From the NCBI GenBank assembly GCA_963717505.1, contig OY970342.1, forward strand, positions 672,001 through 736,000: DNA of 64,000 nucleotides, written 5' to 3'. The notes below the pieces were generated by a model that had not been told where the DNA came from, ran no database searches, and saw only the letters and a list, made by a program, of their open reading frames with translations. Position 1 is the stretch's first letter. Every line of letters starts with the position of its first letter. This document shows, piece by piece, positions 9,467 through 19,177 of the stretch. The position numbers were made by a program, and so were the translations under genes. Origin of the DNA: Candidatus Eiseniibacteriota bacterium (GTDB taxonomy: Bacteria > Eisenbacteria > RBG-16-71-46).

Positions 9467-10611
9467 GGGTTCCCTGCCGTTCGAATGAGTCGCGCGAGGC
9501 CGAAGCGCTCGGGGACCGGGCCGGGAGCTCCGCCGACCATTCCCGCCACTATCTCCCCAATCGCGCTGGCGAACTTGAAGCCGTGGCCCGAGCAGGCGCT
9601 GACCAGGATCGCGCGTGGCTCCACCGGGTGCCGATCGATGATGAAGTCCTCGTCGGCGGTATTGGTGTAAAGGCAGGTCAGGGCTCGGATCGGCGCGCCG
9701 GCGGCCGGGGGAATGTGGCGGCGGAGCGGCGCGAGGATTCGCTCGACCTCGTCGCCTTCGACCTCGCGGCGAACGCGATCGGGATCGATGCGCTCGCCCT
9801 GATGATGGAGCGCAGCTTTGACGGCGCCGTCCAGCGCCGGGAAGGCGTAGAAGAATCGGTCGGGCTCGTATTGCCAGATGGTGATCGGGCAGCGCGCCGG
9901 CTCGAGCAGGGCCGGATCTCGAGCGGGCGCGAACCAAGCCTGAACGACGCGCTCGACCGAGAGCGGCAGATCGAAGCCGTTCAGCAAGCCGCGAAGCCAG
10001 GCCCCGGCCGTGAGGACGACCTGGCCGGCGTGCACCTCACCCCCGCTCGTCTCGACGACGATGCCTCCGGCAGTCGCCCGCCAGCCGGTGACCGCGGTAT
10101 TCATCCGAATCTCGGCGCCAGCGAACGCGGCCTGGTCGAGATGGGCGGCAACGCAGCGTTCGGGCAGGAGCACTCCGGCGCGCGGCTCCCAGACCCCGGC
10201 CATGTCGTCGCCCGGCGCGAACGCCGGGAACCGGCGCCGGATCTCGGTCGCCGACAATAGTTCGTGCCGCAGACCATGGAGGCGAGCGCTGCGCAGAGCG
10301 CCTGCGACCAGGACGCCTCCCGGTGGCCCGATCATCACGCCGCCGGTCTCGATCATGAGCGTCTGCCCGGCGTCGCGCTCGAGCGCCGACCACAGTTCGT
10401 AGGCCCGCTGAACCAGGGGGACGTAGCAGGGATCCTCGAAGTACGCCTCGCGGATGATCCGGCTCCCGCCGTGCGACGAGCCGTGCGTGTGCGGGCTGGT
10501 CCAGCGCTCGAGTCCGACCACCCGGTATCCGTTGCGCGCCAGGTGGCAGAGCGCGGAACTCCCGGCGGCGCCCAGCCCGACGACCGCGACGTCGAACGCC
10601 GAGCGCGTCAT
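9463..10611 (-). CDS. solA: N-methyl-L-tryptophan/sarcosine oxidase (monomeric, FAD)
   Basis: GLGAAG Rossmann motif, HGSSHGGSRIIR, CLYTNT and CSGHGFKF. Confidence 0.88.
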   Translation of the reverse strand: MTRSAFDVAVVGLGAAGSSALCHLARNGYRVVGLERWTSPHTHGSSHGGSRIIREAYFEDPCYVPLVQRAYELWSALERDAGQTLMIETGGVMIGPPGGVLVAGALRSARLHGLRHELLSATEIRRRFPAFAPGDDMAGVWEPRAGVLLPERCVAAHLDQAAFAGAEIRMNTAVTGWRATAGGIVVETSGGEVHAGQVVLTAGAWLRGLLNGFDLPLSVERVVQAWFAPARDPALLEPARCPITIWQYEPDRFFYAFPALDGAVKAALHHQGERIDPDRVRREVEGDEVERILAPLRRHIPPAAGAPIRALTCLYTNTADEDFIIDRHPVEPRAILVSACSGHGFKFASAIGEIVAGMVGGAPGPVPERFGLARLIRTAGNP

Positions 10612-11390
10612 CGCCCTTCATCCGCTGGCGCTTCGGCCAGCGCCGCGTCGGCCCATGCCTCGATCGTCTCCAGGTCGGGCACCGGCTCGGGCGGCGTGCG
10701 GCGCAGCGCCACGTAGGCCAGGTGGCCGGAGTGAACATCCATGAGCGCGTGCATCAGGATGCCGGGATAGAGCGAGCCCGAGATGAAGTAGACGCCCGCC
10801 AGGAAAGCGCCCACCAGGGTGGTCAACAGGATCCCGCGCGGTCCCTGGTAGGTGTGGCCGATGCCGAAAACCACCGCCGAGGCCCCGAGCGCGATCCACG
10901 GACCGAGCCAGTAGGTCAGGTACCAGATCATGAACCCGCGGTAGAGGATCTCCTCGCAGATCCCGGCGGTGATCGACAGGGCGTAGAAGCGCCGGAGCTC
11001 TCGCGGCTCGCGCGGGAGCATCGGCTCGACGTGGCGCATGCGCTCGCGCACCTCGGCCAGGGCCTCGTCGTCGTCCAGGGCCTTGGTCCGCTGGCGCCAG
11101 ACCAGGACGAAGACGATGGCGATGCCGGCCGCCACGCCTGCGAGCCCGGTCGTGACCCTCGGCTCGAGGCCGATCTCCCGCGCGGTGCGTCCGGCGGCGA
11201 CCCACACCGCCGAGGTCAGGAGCACCAGCCCCCACTGAACCGCCATCGCCGTGGCGTACAGCGACATGCGGACGCGGGGGCGCTGGGCGAGGCTGGCCCG
11301 GAGTAGCCGCCGGTAGCCGAAGGTGGCGCCCCAAACGGGACCGAGGAGGATCAGAACTGCGGCGAGGACGTGATCGAGGATTCCGGGCAC
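10608..11390 (-). CDS. CPBP (CAAX/Rce1-like) intramembrane metalloprotease
   Basis: AGICEEILYRG, FGIGH and HALMD motifs; multiple TM helices. Confidence 0.88.
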   Translation of the reverse strand: MPGILDHVLAAVLILLGPVWGATFGYRRLLRASLAQRPRVRMSLYATAMAVQWGLVLLTSAVWVAAGRTAREIGLEPRVTTGLAGVAAGIAIVFVLVWRQRTKALDDDEALAEVRERMRHVEPMLPREPRELRRFYALSITAGICEEILYRGFMIWYLTYWLGPWIALGASAVVFGIGHTYQGPRGILLTTLVGAFLAGVYFISGSLYPGILMHALMDVHSGHLAYVALRRTPPEPVPDLETIEAWADAALAEAPADEGR

Positions 11391-11546
11391 GTCCGGATCC
11401 TACGAGATCCGGTCCCCGATCGACCACGCTGCGTTCTGCCGAGCGCGTGTGCGACATCGTGCATCCCGCGTCGCGAAATCGTCGGCGGGAAAGATCGTCG
11501 CAGACAGGTCTTTGCCGCCACGAAATCGTCTGTTAACGTTTTACCC

Positions 11547-11972
11547 ATGTCGATTCGCCCGTACAAGATCGTATTCCTCTGCACCCACAACGCAGGGCGT
11601 TCACAGATGGCCAGGATCTTCTTCAACCAGATGGCCGACCCGAGCCTGGTGCGCGCGGTTTCTTGCGGCACCGAGCCGGCCAACCGGGTTCACCCCGAGG
11701 TCGTGGACGTGATGCGCGAGGTTGGAGTCGACCTCGCCCCCGATCGTCCGCGCCTGCTCATGGACGAAATCGTGGCGAATGCCACGCTGGTCGTCACCAT
11801 GGGCTGCGGCGACCAGTGCCCGGTGGTTCCGGGCGCCGAGCGCCTCGAGTGGGATCTTCCGGACCCCAAGGGTCAGTCGCTGGATCGAGTCCGCTGGATC
11901 CGCGATCAAGTGCGCGAGCAGGTGCGCGACCTGATCCAGGCCAACTTCTGGGGTCGTCAAGCCGTCGCGTAG
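11547..11972 (+). CDS. arsC: Arsenate reductase / LMW protein-tyrosine-phosphatase family
   Basis: P-loop CTHNAGRS, VTMGCGDQCP and W.LPDP motifs. Confidence 0.85.
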   Translation: MSIRPYKIVFLCTHNAGRSQMARIFFNQMADPSLVRAVSCGTEPANRVHPEVVDVMREVGVDLAPDRPRLLMDEIVANATLVVTMGCGDQCPVVPGAERLEWDLPDPKGQSLDRVRWIRDQVREQVRDLIQANFWGRQAVA

Positions 11973-12005
11973 TCGGCTGCCGGGAAGCAAACAACCGAGG
12001 TCATC

Positions 12006-14939
12006 ATGGCGCTCGCAGGCCGCCAGTTCGTCCTCTGCTTCTCCCTTTTCTTTGCCGTCCCCGCTCACGCGATCGTGCGGCCGATCGACGCTCCGGAGGG
12101 TGAACTTCGGCCCGATCAGGCACGCGTCGTCCGCATCGCGAGCCCCTCCGCTGCGCCGGCCCTCGATGCGCGCCCCCCCTGGCGCGAGTTCCAGAGCCGA
12201 CACGGTGGGTGGAAGGCCCAATGGAACACGGTCACCAAGAGCCCGCATCGGGCCTGGGGGCCCTCCTTCCCGATCTCGGGCCCGGTGCGCGACGCCGCCA
12301 CGGTCGATGGAGCGCTACGCAGCTTCATCGCGGGGAACCCCGGCGTGTTCGGCACGCCGTCGCTCGAAGTCGCTGCCATCTACTCCGTAAACGGACTCTG
12401 GTACGCCCGCTATCGCCAGAAGATTCACGGTGTGCCGGTGCTGTTCTCCGACTGGGAGTTCCGGGTCTCCGAGTCCGGAAAGCTCATGATGTTCGGCGCC
12501 GATGCGCATGAGCCGAGCCGAGCCCCGCGCACCTCGCCGGTTCTGGTGCGCGCCGCCGCGCGCGAGCAGGCCCGCCGAGGGCTGGCTTACACACCCGGAA
12601 AAGGCACGATCGAAGACGGCGGCTTGTACTTGATGCCCTGGTCCACTGAGACCGGCGTCGAATACCGGCTCGTCTACGAGCAGCGAGTGGTGACCGAAGA
12701 CCCACCGGGAAACTGGATTGCGTTCGTCGACGCCGAAAACGGCGACGTGCTATTCCGCCAGAACCGCGTCCGGTACGTGATCTCGGGCCAGATCACCGGC
12801 GCCATTCACACCTTGCTGCCGACCGATCCGCTGACCACCGCCCCGTTCCGCGACCTGAGGATCTGGGTCGGACCGGACTCCGGCGTCACCAGCTCGCTCG
12901 GGAACTATTCGGTGCCCGCCACCGGCACGGTCAGCGTGCGCGACAGCCTGATCGGGCCGTTCTGCGACGTGAACAACAACCTGCCGTCGATCGCCGTGTT
13001 CAACACCACGGTTGGCAATCCCGCGACCGTCAACATCAATTGGACCGACGCCAACTCGCACGTCGCCGAACGCGACGCCTTCTACCACGTGAACCTGGTC
13101 CACAATTTCATCCGCACGCTCGATCCGGCGTTCACGCAGATCGACTATTCGATGCCGACTCGGGTCAACATCAACCTCAATTGCAATGCGTTCTGGAACG
13201 GCACCGGCGTCAACTTCTACGTCGCCGGCAGCGGCTGCCCGAACACCGCAACGATTCCCGACGTCGTCTATCACGAGTACGGGCACGGCATCAACGACAT
13301 GCTCTACATCCAGGCGGGCTCGTTTGGCGGAATGTTCAGCGGCGCTCTCCACGAAGGCATGGCCGACGTCAATGCCGCGTTCGTGCAGGACGACCCGAAC
13401 ATCGGCAAGGGCTTCACCGGCCCGGGCACGATCTTGAGGACCTGCGACAACACCCGGCGCTGGCCCGATGACGCCGGTGAGGCGCATACCTCGGGGCAAA
13501 TCATCTCGGGGGCGTTCTGGGACCTGCGTCAGGCGGTTGGGCTGACCGTGGCCAGCCGGCTCGCGCATTTCGCGCGCTACGGCATCCCGGACGATCCCCT
13601 CGACGATGGCGTCGCCATGAGCGAGTACTTCGTCGAAACCCTGATCGCGGACGACGACGATGCCAATCTGGGGAACGGCACGCCGCACTTCTCCGACATC
13701 GTGGCGTCGTTCAACGCGCACGGCATCGGCACGGGCTTCTTCGTCGAGTTCACGCACACGCCGCTCGCCGACAACACCAGCACCGGTAACTACCCGGTTA
13801 CCGCCTTGGTTCGCTACACCGGCCCGGTGGGCGCCCTCGACGCCTCCTCGCCCACGCTCTACTTCTCGGTGAATGGCTCCGCTTACGTACCCGCCGCCAT
13901 GACGCCGACCGGCAACCCCGACGAGTTCTCCGCGGTCATCCCCGGCCAGCCGGCGGCGATCGTCTCCTACTACCTGACCGCGGCCGACGTCTACGGCGCG
14001 ACCAACACGCACCCGCCGGTGGCTCCGTCGCGGGAAACGTTCACGTTCCTGGCCGGCCCGGCGACCACGGTGTTCCAGCAGACGATGGAAGCCAATCCGG
14101 GATGGACCGTGGGCGATGCGACCGACAACGCGACCTCGGGAATCTGGGAGCGCGGCAATCCGAACGGTACGCTGGTCGACGGTGTCAACGTCCAGCCCGA
14201 GGACGATCACACGCCGTTTTCGGGCACGGTGTGCTGGTTCACCGGGCAGCACCCGCTCGGCGAGGCGAACCCGGGCCTGAGCGACGTCGATGGCGGCCGG
14301 ACGACACTGACCTCGAACGTCTTCGACGCAGTGACCGCGATCAACTACCCGGTGATCGAGTACTACCGCTGGTACACGAACCAGCTCGGCGGCGCCCCGT
14401 CGTCGGACCTTTGGCGCACGTACGTTTCGAACGACGCCGGCGCGAGCTGGGCGCTGGTCGAGAACACGCTCGATTCGAAGAACGCCTGGCAGCGAGTGCT
14501 GTTCTTCATTCACGACTACGTCACGCCGACCAACGCCATGCGGCTGCGATTCGTTGCCAGCGACTCGGCAGCGGGTTCATTGGTCGAGGCGGGAGTCGAT
14601 GATGTCCGGCTGCTGACCTATCCGTTGTCGCTGTCGATCGGTGGCGACGCGGGAGCCAGTCGCGAAGTCCTCTTGGCGCCGGCGTCGCCGAACCCGATGC
14701 GCTCGCACGCTTCGTTCGCGTTCACCCTGCCGTCGGCGGGCCATGCGTCGCTGCGGGTGTACGACATCCACGGTCGCGCCGTGCGCACGCTGCACCAGGG
14801 CCATCTCGATGCCGGTCCGCACCTCCGGGAGTGGAACGGGCTCGACGACCGCGGGCGGCGCGTGCCGAGCGGGCCCTACTTCGTGAGGCTCGAGCACGGG
14901 CTTCGCCAGGCCATGCGCAAGGTCGTGCGCGTCGAGTAG
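12006..14939 (+). CDS. Secreted M4/M36-like zinc metalloprotease with propeptide and C-terminal FlgD-Ig/T9SS-like domain
   Basis: Signal peptide; NAFWNG, HEYGH, ALHEGMAD and GEAH motifs; C-terminal PNP...LRVYDIHGRAVRTL...GPYFVRL. Confidence 0.85.
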   Translation: MALAGRQFVLCFSLFFAVPAHAIVRPIDAPEGELRPDQARVVRIASPSAAPALDARPPWREFQSRHGGWKAQWNTVTKSPHRAWGPSFPISGPVRDAATVDGALRSFIAGNPGVFGTPSLEVAAIYSVNGLWYARYRQKIHGVPVLFSDWEFRVSESGKLMMFGADAHEPSRAPRTSPVLVRAAAREQARRGLAYTPGKGTIEDGGLYLMPWSTETGVEYRLVYEQRVVTEDPPGNWIAFVDAENGDVLFRQNRVRYVISGQITGAIHTLLPTDPLTTAPFRDLRIWVGPDSGVTSSLGNYSVPATGTVSVRDSLIGPFCDVNNNLPSIAVFNTTVGNPATVNINWTDANSHVAERDAFYHVNLVHNFIRTLDPAFTQIDYSMPTRVNINLNCNAFWNGTGVNFYVAGSGCPNTATIPDVVYHEYGHGINDMLYIQAGSFGGMFSGALHEGMADVNAAFVQDDPNIGKGFTGPGTILRTCDNTRRWPDDAGEAHTSGQIISGAFWDLRQAVGLTVASRLAHFARYGIPDDPLDDGVAMSEYFVETLIADDDDANLGNGTPHFSDIVASFNAHGIGTGFFVEFTHTPLADNTSTGNYPVTALVRYTGPVGALDASSPTLYFSVNGSAYVPAAMTPTGNPDEFSAVIPGQPAAIVSYYLTAADVYGATNTHPPVAPSRETFTFLAGPATTVFQQTMEANPGWTVGDATDNATSGIWERGNPNGTLVDGVNVQPEDDHTPFSGTVCWFTGQHPLGEANPGLSDVDGGRTTLTSNVFDAVTAINYPVIEYYRWYTNQLGGAPSSDLWRTYVSNDAGASWALVENTLDSKNAWQRVLFFIHDYVTPTNAMRLRFVASDSAAGSLVEAGVDDVRLLTYPLSLSIGGDAGASREVLLAPASPNPMRSHASFAFTLPSAGHASLRVYDIHGRAVRTLHQGHLDAGPHLREWNGLDDRGRRVPSGPYFVRLEHGLRQAMRKVVRVE

Positions 14940-14976
14940 CTCGCGAGGACGGTCCGGTCCGCCTGCGGGCTGCGCC

Positions 14977-16614
14977 CTACCGAATCGTCACGAAACGCCG
15001 GACGACCGCTCCGCTGCTCGACTGGATCCGCGCGTAGTAGATCCCGGGCGCAGCCAGGGCACCCCAACGCGTCGCGCCCGACCAGGTCATCACGACGGAA
15101 CCCCGAGGATGATCCGTCTCGGGCGATCGCCACACTTCCCGGCCGCCGATATCGAGGATCGCGAGCGACACGCGCTCCGGGCTGTCAAGCGTAACCGTCC
15201 AGGACACCGCCCCTCTGCCAGGGTTGGGTCGCGCGGGAGAAACATCGAACGACGACTCCGTGGGCCCGGGGACGGACGTCGGAAACGTGCTCCAGAACTC
15301 GTGCGTGCAGATCTCCTCCATCCCCGGCTCGCCGGGAGGATGAGAGCGGAAGGTCAGCCTGCTGAATTTGGGCAACGGCCCGAGGATCCCGAAAGTGACC
15401 GGGATTCCCACGGTGGCCTGCGCGGCGACGATGACGCTGCCCAGGACCGGCAGGGCGAACACGGTCTCGTCGCTCTCCAACGTCCAGTCGAGAGCCAGCA
15501 GGTCACTCGTTGAATTGTGCGCTACGTAGACGATCTCCTGCGTAGACTCTCCGTTCCACTCGATCCCACCCGGCGCCGACAGATCGAAGCCCGCTGCGCC
15601 GACTGTCCATTCCAGCGCAGAAGTAATCGGACTGATGCTGCACCCGTGATGGAACGAGTCGCCGCCATGGACCAGGATACGATCGCGCACGGGATCCCAA
15701 GTCAACGACCAGCCGTTGTCGCCGTGATACGCGGGGCTGTCGGCCGGCTCCACGTAACACACCGGATCACCCGAAAGGTCGAGCACGTGCGCTTCCATCC
15801 CCTGGTACGGCACCGGGCTTGGGGACCAGCTCACCAGGCGCCGGCGTGAAGCGTCGAACGCCCACGGTGCCCACCACTGGAGCGGTGGAATCGGTGCCGA
15901 CCGCGCGGTCTCGATCCTCGCCCAGGTCATGGATGCCAAATCGAGGGCGTACGAGTCGGCGATACTGTGGCCGTATCCGCCGACCACGATCATCCGGTCG
16001 AGCGCCGCATCGTAGAACGCGGCGTGGCCCCGCCGCGCGGGCGGCTGCTCGCCCGCCGTCGCCAGCTCCACCCACTCCGGGGTTCCCGAGAGCGGCAGCA
16101 CCCAGGTGTCGTTGCCGTCATCGCCGCCGTGGAGAATCAGGCGGTTCCGGATCGGATCCAACATCAGGGAAGGCAACCATCGCGTCCCCGGCCCGACGTT
16201 GACCGGCACGATCTCGCTCCAGGTCGGCAGATCGGACAGCGTCAGCGCCCAGAGATCCGCGAGTAAACCGAAAGCGGCTCCATCGCCTCCGTATACGATC
16301 ATGCGGTGGAGCTGGGAATCGTAGACGGCCTGGTGGCGGCTTCGCGCCGGGGGCGTCGGACCGGCTGGTGCCAGAGTGGTCCATGCGTTGGTGGACAGAT
16401 CGAGCGCCGCCAGGCGGGAGTGTGGCGAGCACAGCTCGTCGGCGCCGCCGAACACGATGATCCGGTCCCCTACAGGGTCATGGATGGCGCTGTGGTTGGA
16501 GAACGAGGACGGATCGCCGCTGGTGGCCAATTGCACGTGCGAGTACTCGGCTCGGGCCGGGGAGAGCCAAGCGGCCAAGAAGCTCGCAATGATGACGAGA
16601 GCACATCGGCGCAT
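14977..16614 (-). CDS. Kelch-repeat secreted protein with C-terminal FlgD-Ig-like domain
   Basis: Repeated PPAR..H.A.YD....RMIV.GG...W kelch blades; signal peptide; C-terminal PNP...LDIGGREV...GIYYARI. Confidence 0.8.
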   Translation of the reverse strand: MRRCALVIIASFLAAWLSPARAEYSHVQLATSGDPSSFSNHSAIHDPVGDRIIVFGGADELCSPHSRLAALDLSTNAWTTLAPAGPTPPARSRHQAVYDSQLHRMIVYGGDGAAFGLLADLWALTLSDLPTWSEIVPVNVGPGTRWLPSLMLDPIRNRLILHGGDDGNDTWVLPLSGTPEWVELATAGEQPPARRGHAAFYDAALDRMIVVGGYGHSIADSYALDLASMTWARIETARSAPIPPLQWWAPWAFDASRRRLVSWSPSPVPYQGMEAHVLDLSGDPVCYVEPADSPAYHGDNGWSLTWDPVRDRILVHGGDSFHHGCSISPITSALEWTVGAAGFDLSAPGGIEWNGESTQEIVYVAHNSTSDLLALDWTLESDETVFALPVLGSVIVAAQATVGIPVTFGILGPLPKFSRLTFRSHPPGEPGMEEICTHEFWSTFPTSVPGPTESSFDVSPARPNPGRGAVSWTVTLDSPERVSLAILDIGGREVWRSPETDHPRGSVVMTWSGATRWGALAAPGIYYARIQSSSGAVVRRFVTIR

Positions 16615-16656
16615 GGGGTAATTGTAGGCATCGCGCCGGGCGTTCACCATCTGGAA

Positions 16657-17289
16657 TTACTGCCCGTCGACCGCGATTCCCAGTCGTACCCACGGCCCCG
16701 TGTAGTCGGGCTCGGCGTCGAACGGCTGGTCTTCGATGCTCAAAGCATCGGCCTTGGCGAAGCGATATCCGGCGACGCTGCTCAGGCTCCAGGGTCCGCC
16801 CAGCGACCACTGAACCTCGCCGGTCACCTGCGCGGCGAATCCCGACCCCGAAGCCTCGAACTCGAAATCGTCGCCGCGGAACGCGCCGGACACGTTGAAC
16901 GGGAGCAGCCCTGCGCCCACGCCGTAGCGGACCGAGGAGGTGCTCGGAAAGAAGTAGGTGGCGTGGATCGCGAGCGCCCACGCGGCGACGTCGAACGTGA
17001 GGTCGTCGTCGTGCCCGGCCGCGAACCATCGTTCGACGCCGACTCGCAACAGCACGCGGTCCCGGACTCCGAACCGTATCGCTGCGCCGGCCAGCGCCCC
17101 ACTCTCGATAGTCCCGAGATCGCTGCCAACCAACTGATTGAACGACTCGAGAGAATCATTGAGTTCGGACATCTCGTAGCCGGTCCAGCCGCCGTACACC
17201 TCGAAACCGAGACCCTTCTTGGCTTCGGCGGTGCTGACCACGACAACACTTCCCACGAGCAGCGCACTCATCACCATACGGCGGTGCAT
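16657..17289 (-). CDS. Small outer-membrane beta-barrel protein (OmpA/OmpW-like)
   Basis: GGAGG RBS, signal peptide ending AEA, about 8 amphipathic strands with alternating aromatic/Gly residues. Confidence 0.65.
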   Translation of the reverse strand: MHRRMVMSALLVGSVVVVSTAEAKKGLGFEVYGGWTGYEMSELNDSLESFNQLVGSDLGTIESGALAGAAIRFGVRDRVLLRVGVERWFAAGHDDDLTFDVAAWALAIHATYFFPSTSSVRYGVGAGLLPFNVSGAFRGDDFEFEASGSGFAAQVTGEVQWSLGGPWSLSSVAGYRFAKADALSIEDQPFDAEPDYTGPWVRLGIAVDGQ

Positions 17290-17463
17290 TCGTGCCTCCT
17301 CATGCTTCTTTCGGGTCGAAGCCCAACGGCCCCCTGGGAAGAACCCCCGAAGACGGGCCGCGCGGTCCGGGCTTGGCAAAATCCTGGGGAGTTTTCGAAT
17401 GTCGCATTCCCCGGATGCGGGGTAGATACTCTATGCGGCATGCCTCTCCCCGGGAGGATCTCC

Positions 17464-18318
17464 ATGCGTTTCTCGTCAGATTTCGCGTGGTCCATGCGCG
17501 GTCGCCCACCGCTCCATCGTCAACGTCGCGCACTTCGTGTGTTCGTTGCCCCTTTCGCACTGGGCCTATTCGTCGGTTGCGGCTGGGACGGTTCATCGTC
17601 GGGATGCGATCCACCGCAAGCCTACGATGCCGGATCGCCACGAGTGTACTTCGCCCACGACACCCCGCCTTGTTCCCAGATGACGTACCCGGTCCGCGGC
17701 TCCGCGTCGCGGCTGATGGCGGCGTTCAGTTGTCCGGGGACTTCGTCGCGGTTCCTGGCAGCGGTAAAGGTCGACGGCGAGTTGTTGTCGCTGAGACCGG
17801 TCGAGTGCGCCGGTTACGGTGGTGACGTCACGATCGATCTGGGCACCTGGGAACCGGCAGACAGCGCGGAACACCTGGTCGAGGTGATTCTCGACCCCAT
17901 GGATCTCTTCGAGGAAACCGACGAGTCCAACAATCGCGTCGCGACTCAGGTTCGGGTCCAGGATCCCGACGTCGGCCTATACCCGCTCCAGTCCGGATTC
18001 GTGACGCAACAGGGATACTGGGTGACCGAAGTCAATTCCGGCGTGCCCGTGGACCTCCGGACCAGCGTCGAAGTGAATGGCGCCTACCCGCAAGCCACGG
18101 TGCGGATGCGTTCCGGGACGGATCTCGATGCCACTCTGACCCACTCGTTCCTGGACTGTCAGACGATGTGGTCCGAGGCTCAATTCGTCCATCGCTGGAC
18201 TCCGCCCGCCCCCGGCGACTACGACGTCGAGTTCAGCGTCGCGCCACCCGCCGGCGCCATCGATCGCGATCCCGCGAACAACGTCGTGGTCAAGAGGCTC
18301 AGAGTCTTTCCGCCCTGA
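17464..18318 (+). CDS. Lipoprotein with CARDB-like Ig domains
   Basis: GGAGG RBS 6 nt upstream; lipobox FVGC; CARDB signatures LDPMDLFEETDESNN and DRDPANN. Confidence 0.65.
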   Translation: MRFSSDFAWSMRGRPPLHRQRRALRVFVAPFALGLFVGCGWDGSSSGCDPPQAYDAGSPRVYFAHDTPPCSQMTYPVRGSASRLMAAFSCPGTSSRFLAAVKVDGELLSLRPVECAGYGGDVTIDLGTWEPADSAEHLVEVILDPMDLFEETDESNNRVATQVRVQDPDVGLYPLQSGFVTQQGYWVTEVNSGVPVDLRTSVEVNGAYPQATVRMRSGTDLDATLTHSFLDCQTMWSEAQFVHRWTPPAPGDYDVEFSVAPPAGAIDRDPANNVVVKRLRVFPP

Positions 18319-18457
18319 CAGCACGGTGATGCCACGTTACTAGCAGTGTGGGATTGCGCATGGGCGTTGATGGGAATATCCTGACCGCATCCCATGATCG
18401 CGCGTTGCCACGGACGGGCTGCTCTCCGGTTCCAATGCGCTCCCTGAGCGCGCTGCC

Positions 18458-19177
18458 ATGCGCCTGAGCTTGGCCGAGGCCGTTGGGTACCTGGGCGTCA
18501 GCGAGCACACGGCTCGACGCTGGATCCGGGACCGGGGTCTGCCGGTCCACCGAGCCGACGAGCGCCTGTTCGTCAACCCGGTCGAACTCTGGGAATGGGC
18601 CATCGAGCACAATGTCCCGGTATCCCCCGAGCTGCTCGAACAAGCTCGACGAACGCCCGAAGTCGTGGCCCCGATCTCGGAGCTGCTCGCAGCCGGCGGC
18701 ATTCACCACGACGTGCCGGGCGCGACCCCGAACGAAGTGCTGCGCGCCGTCGTCGGCCTCCTGCCACTGCCGGCTTCCGTCGACCGGGAGTTCCTCACGA
18801 CCGCGCTGGCCGGCCGTGAAGCCATGGGCTCGACCGGGATCGGGCATGGCATCGCCATCCCGCACGTGCGAAATCCCATCGTGCTGCAGGTGAACGACGC
18901 CTTGGTCAGCCTGTGCCTGCTGGCGCGACCTGTCGATTTCGGCGCCGTCGACGGGCAACCCGTCCACGCGCTGTTCACGGTCATCAGCCCGACGGTACCG
19001 ATGCACCTTCGCATCCTCGCAGCATTGAGTTTTCTGCTTCACGACCCCGAACTACGCCGGCTATTGCAGGAGAAGGCGCCCGCCCCGCGTCTGCTCGATC
19101 ACATGCGCACCCTCGAGCGCAGCGCTCGACCTGGAGGGGATGTGAAACCCCGCTCCGCCACCGGAACGAACTCGTGA
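18458..19177 (+). CDS. Excisionase-like HTH fused to PTS EIIA(Ntr/Fru) domain; probable regulator
   Basis: N-terminal LSLAEAVGYLGVSEHTARRWI (HTH_17); C-terminal RE..GSTGIGHGIAIPH with the phospho-His. Confidence 0.85.
   Translation: MRLSLAEAVGYLGVSEHTARRWIRDRGLPVHRADERLFVNPVELWEWAIEHNVPVSPELLEQARRTPEVVAPISELLAAGGIHHDVPGATPNEVLRAVVGLLPLPASVDREFLTTALAGREAMGSTGIGHGIAIPHVRNPIVLQVNDALVSLCLLARPVDFGAVDGQPVHALFTVISPTVPMHLRILAALSFLLHDPELRRLLQEKAPAPRLLDHMRTLERSARPGGDVKPRSATGTNS

Noticed and set aside
10608-11390. Abortive-infection defence gene (Abi-named family)
   Set aside because: CPBP/CAAX proteases carry the Abi label historically, and there is no defence context here.
18458-18620. Prophage/ICE excisionase
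   Set aside because: The HTH is fused to PTS IIA and coupled to the Ehr operon; no integrase is nearby.
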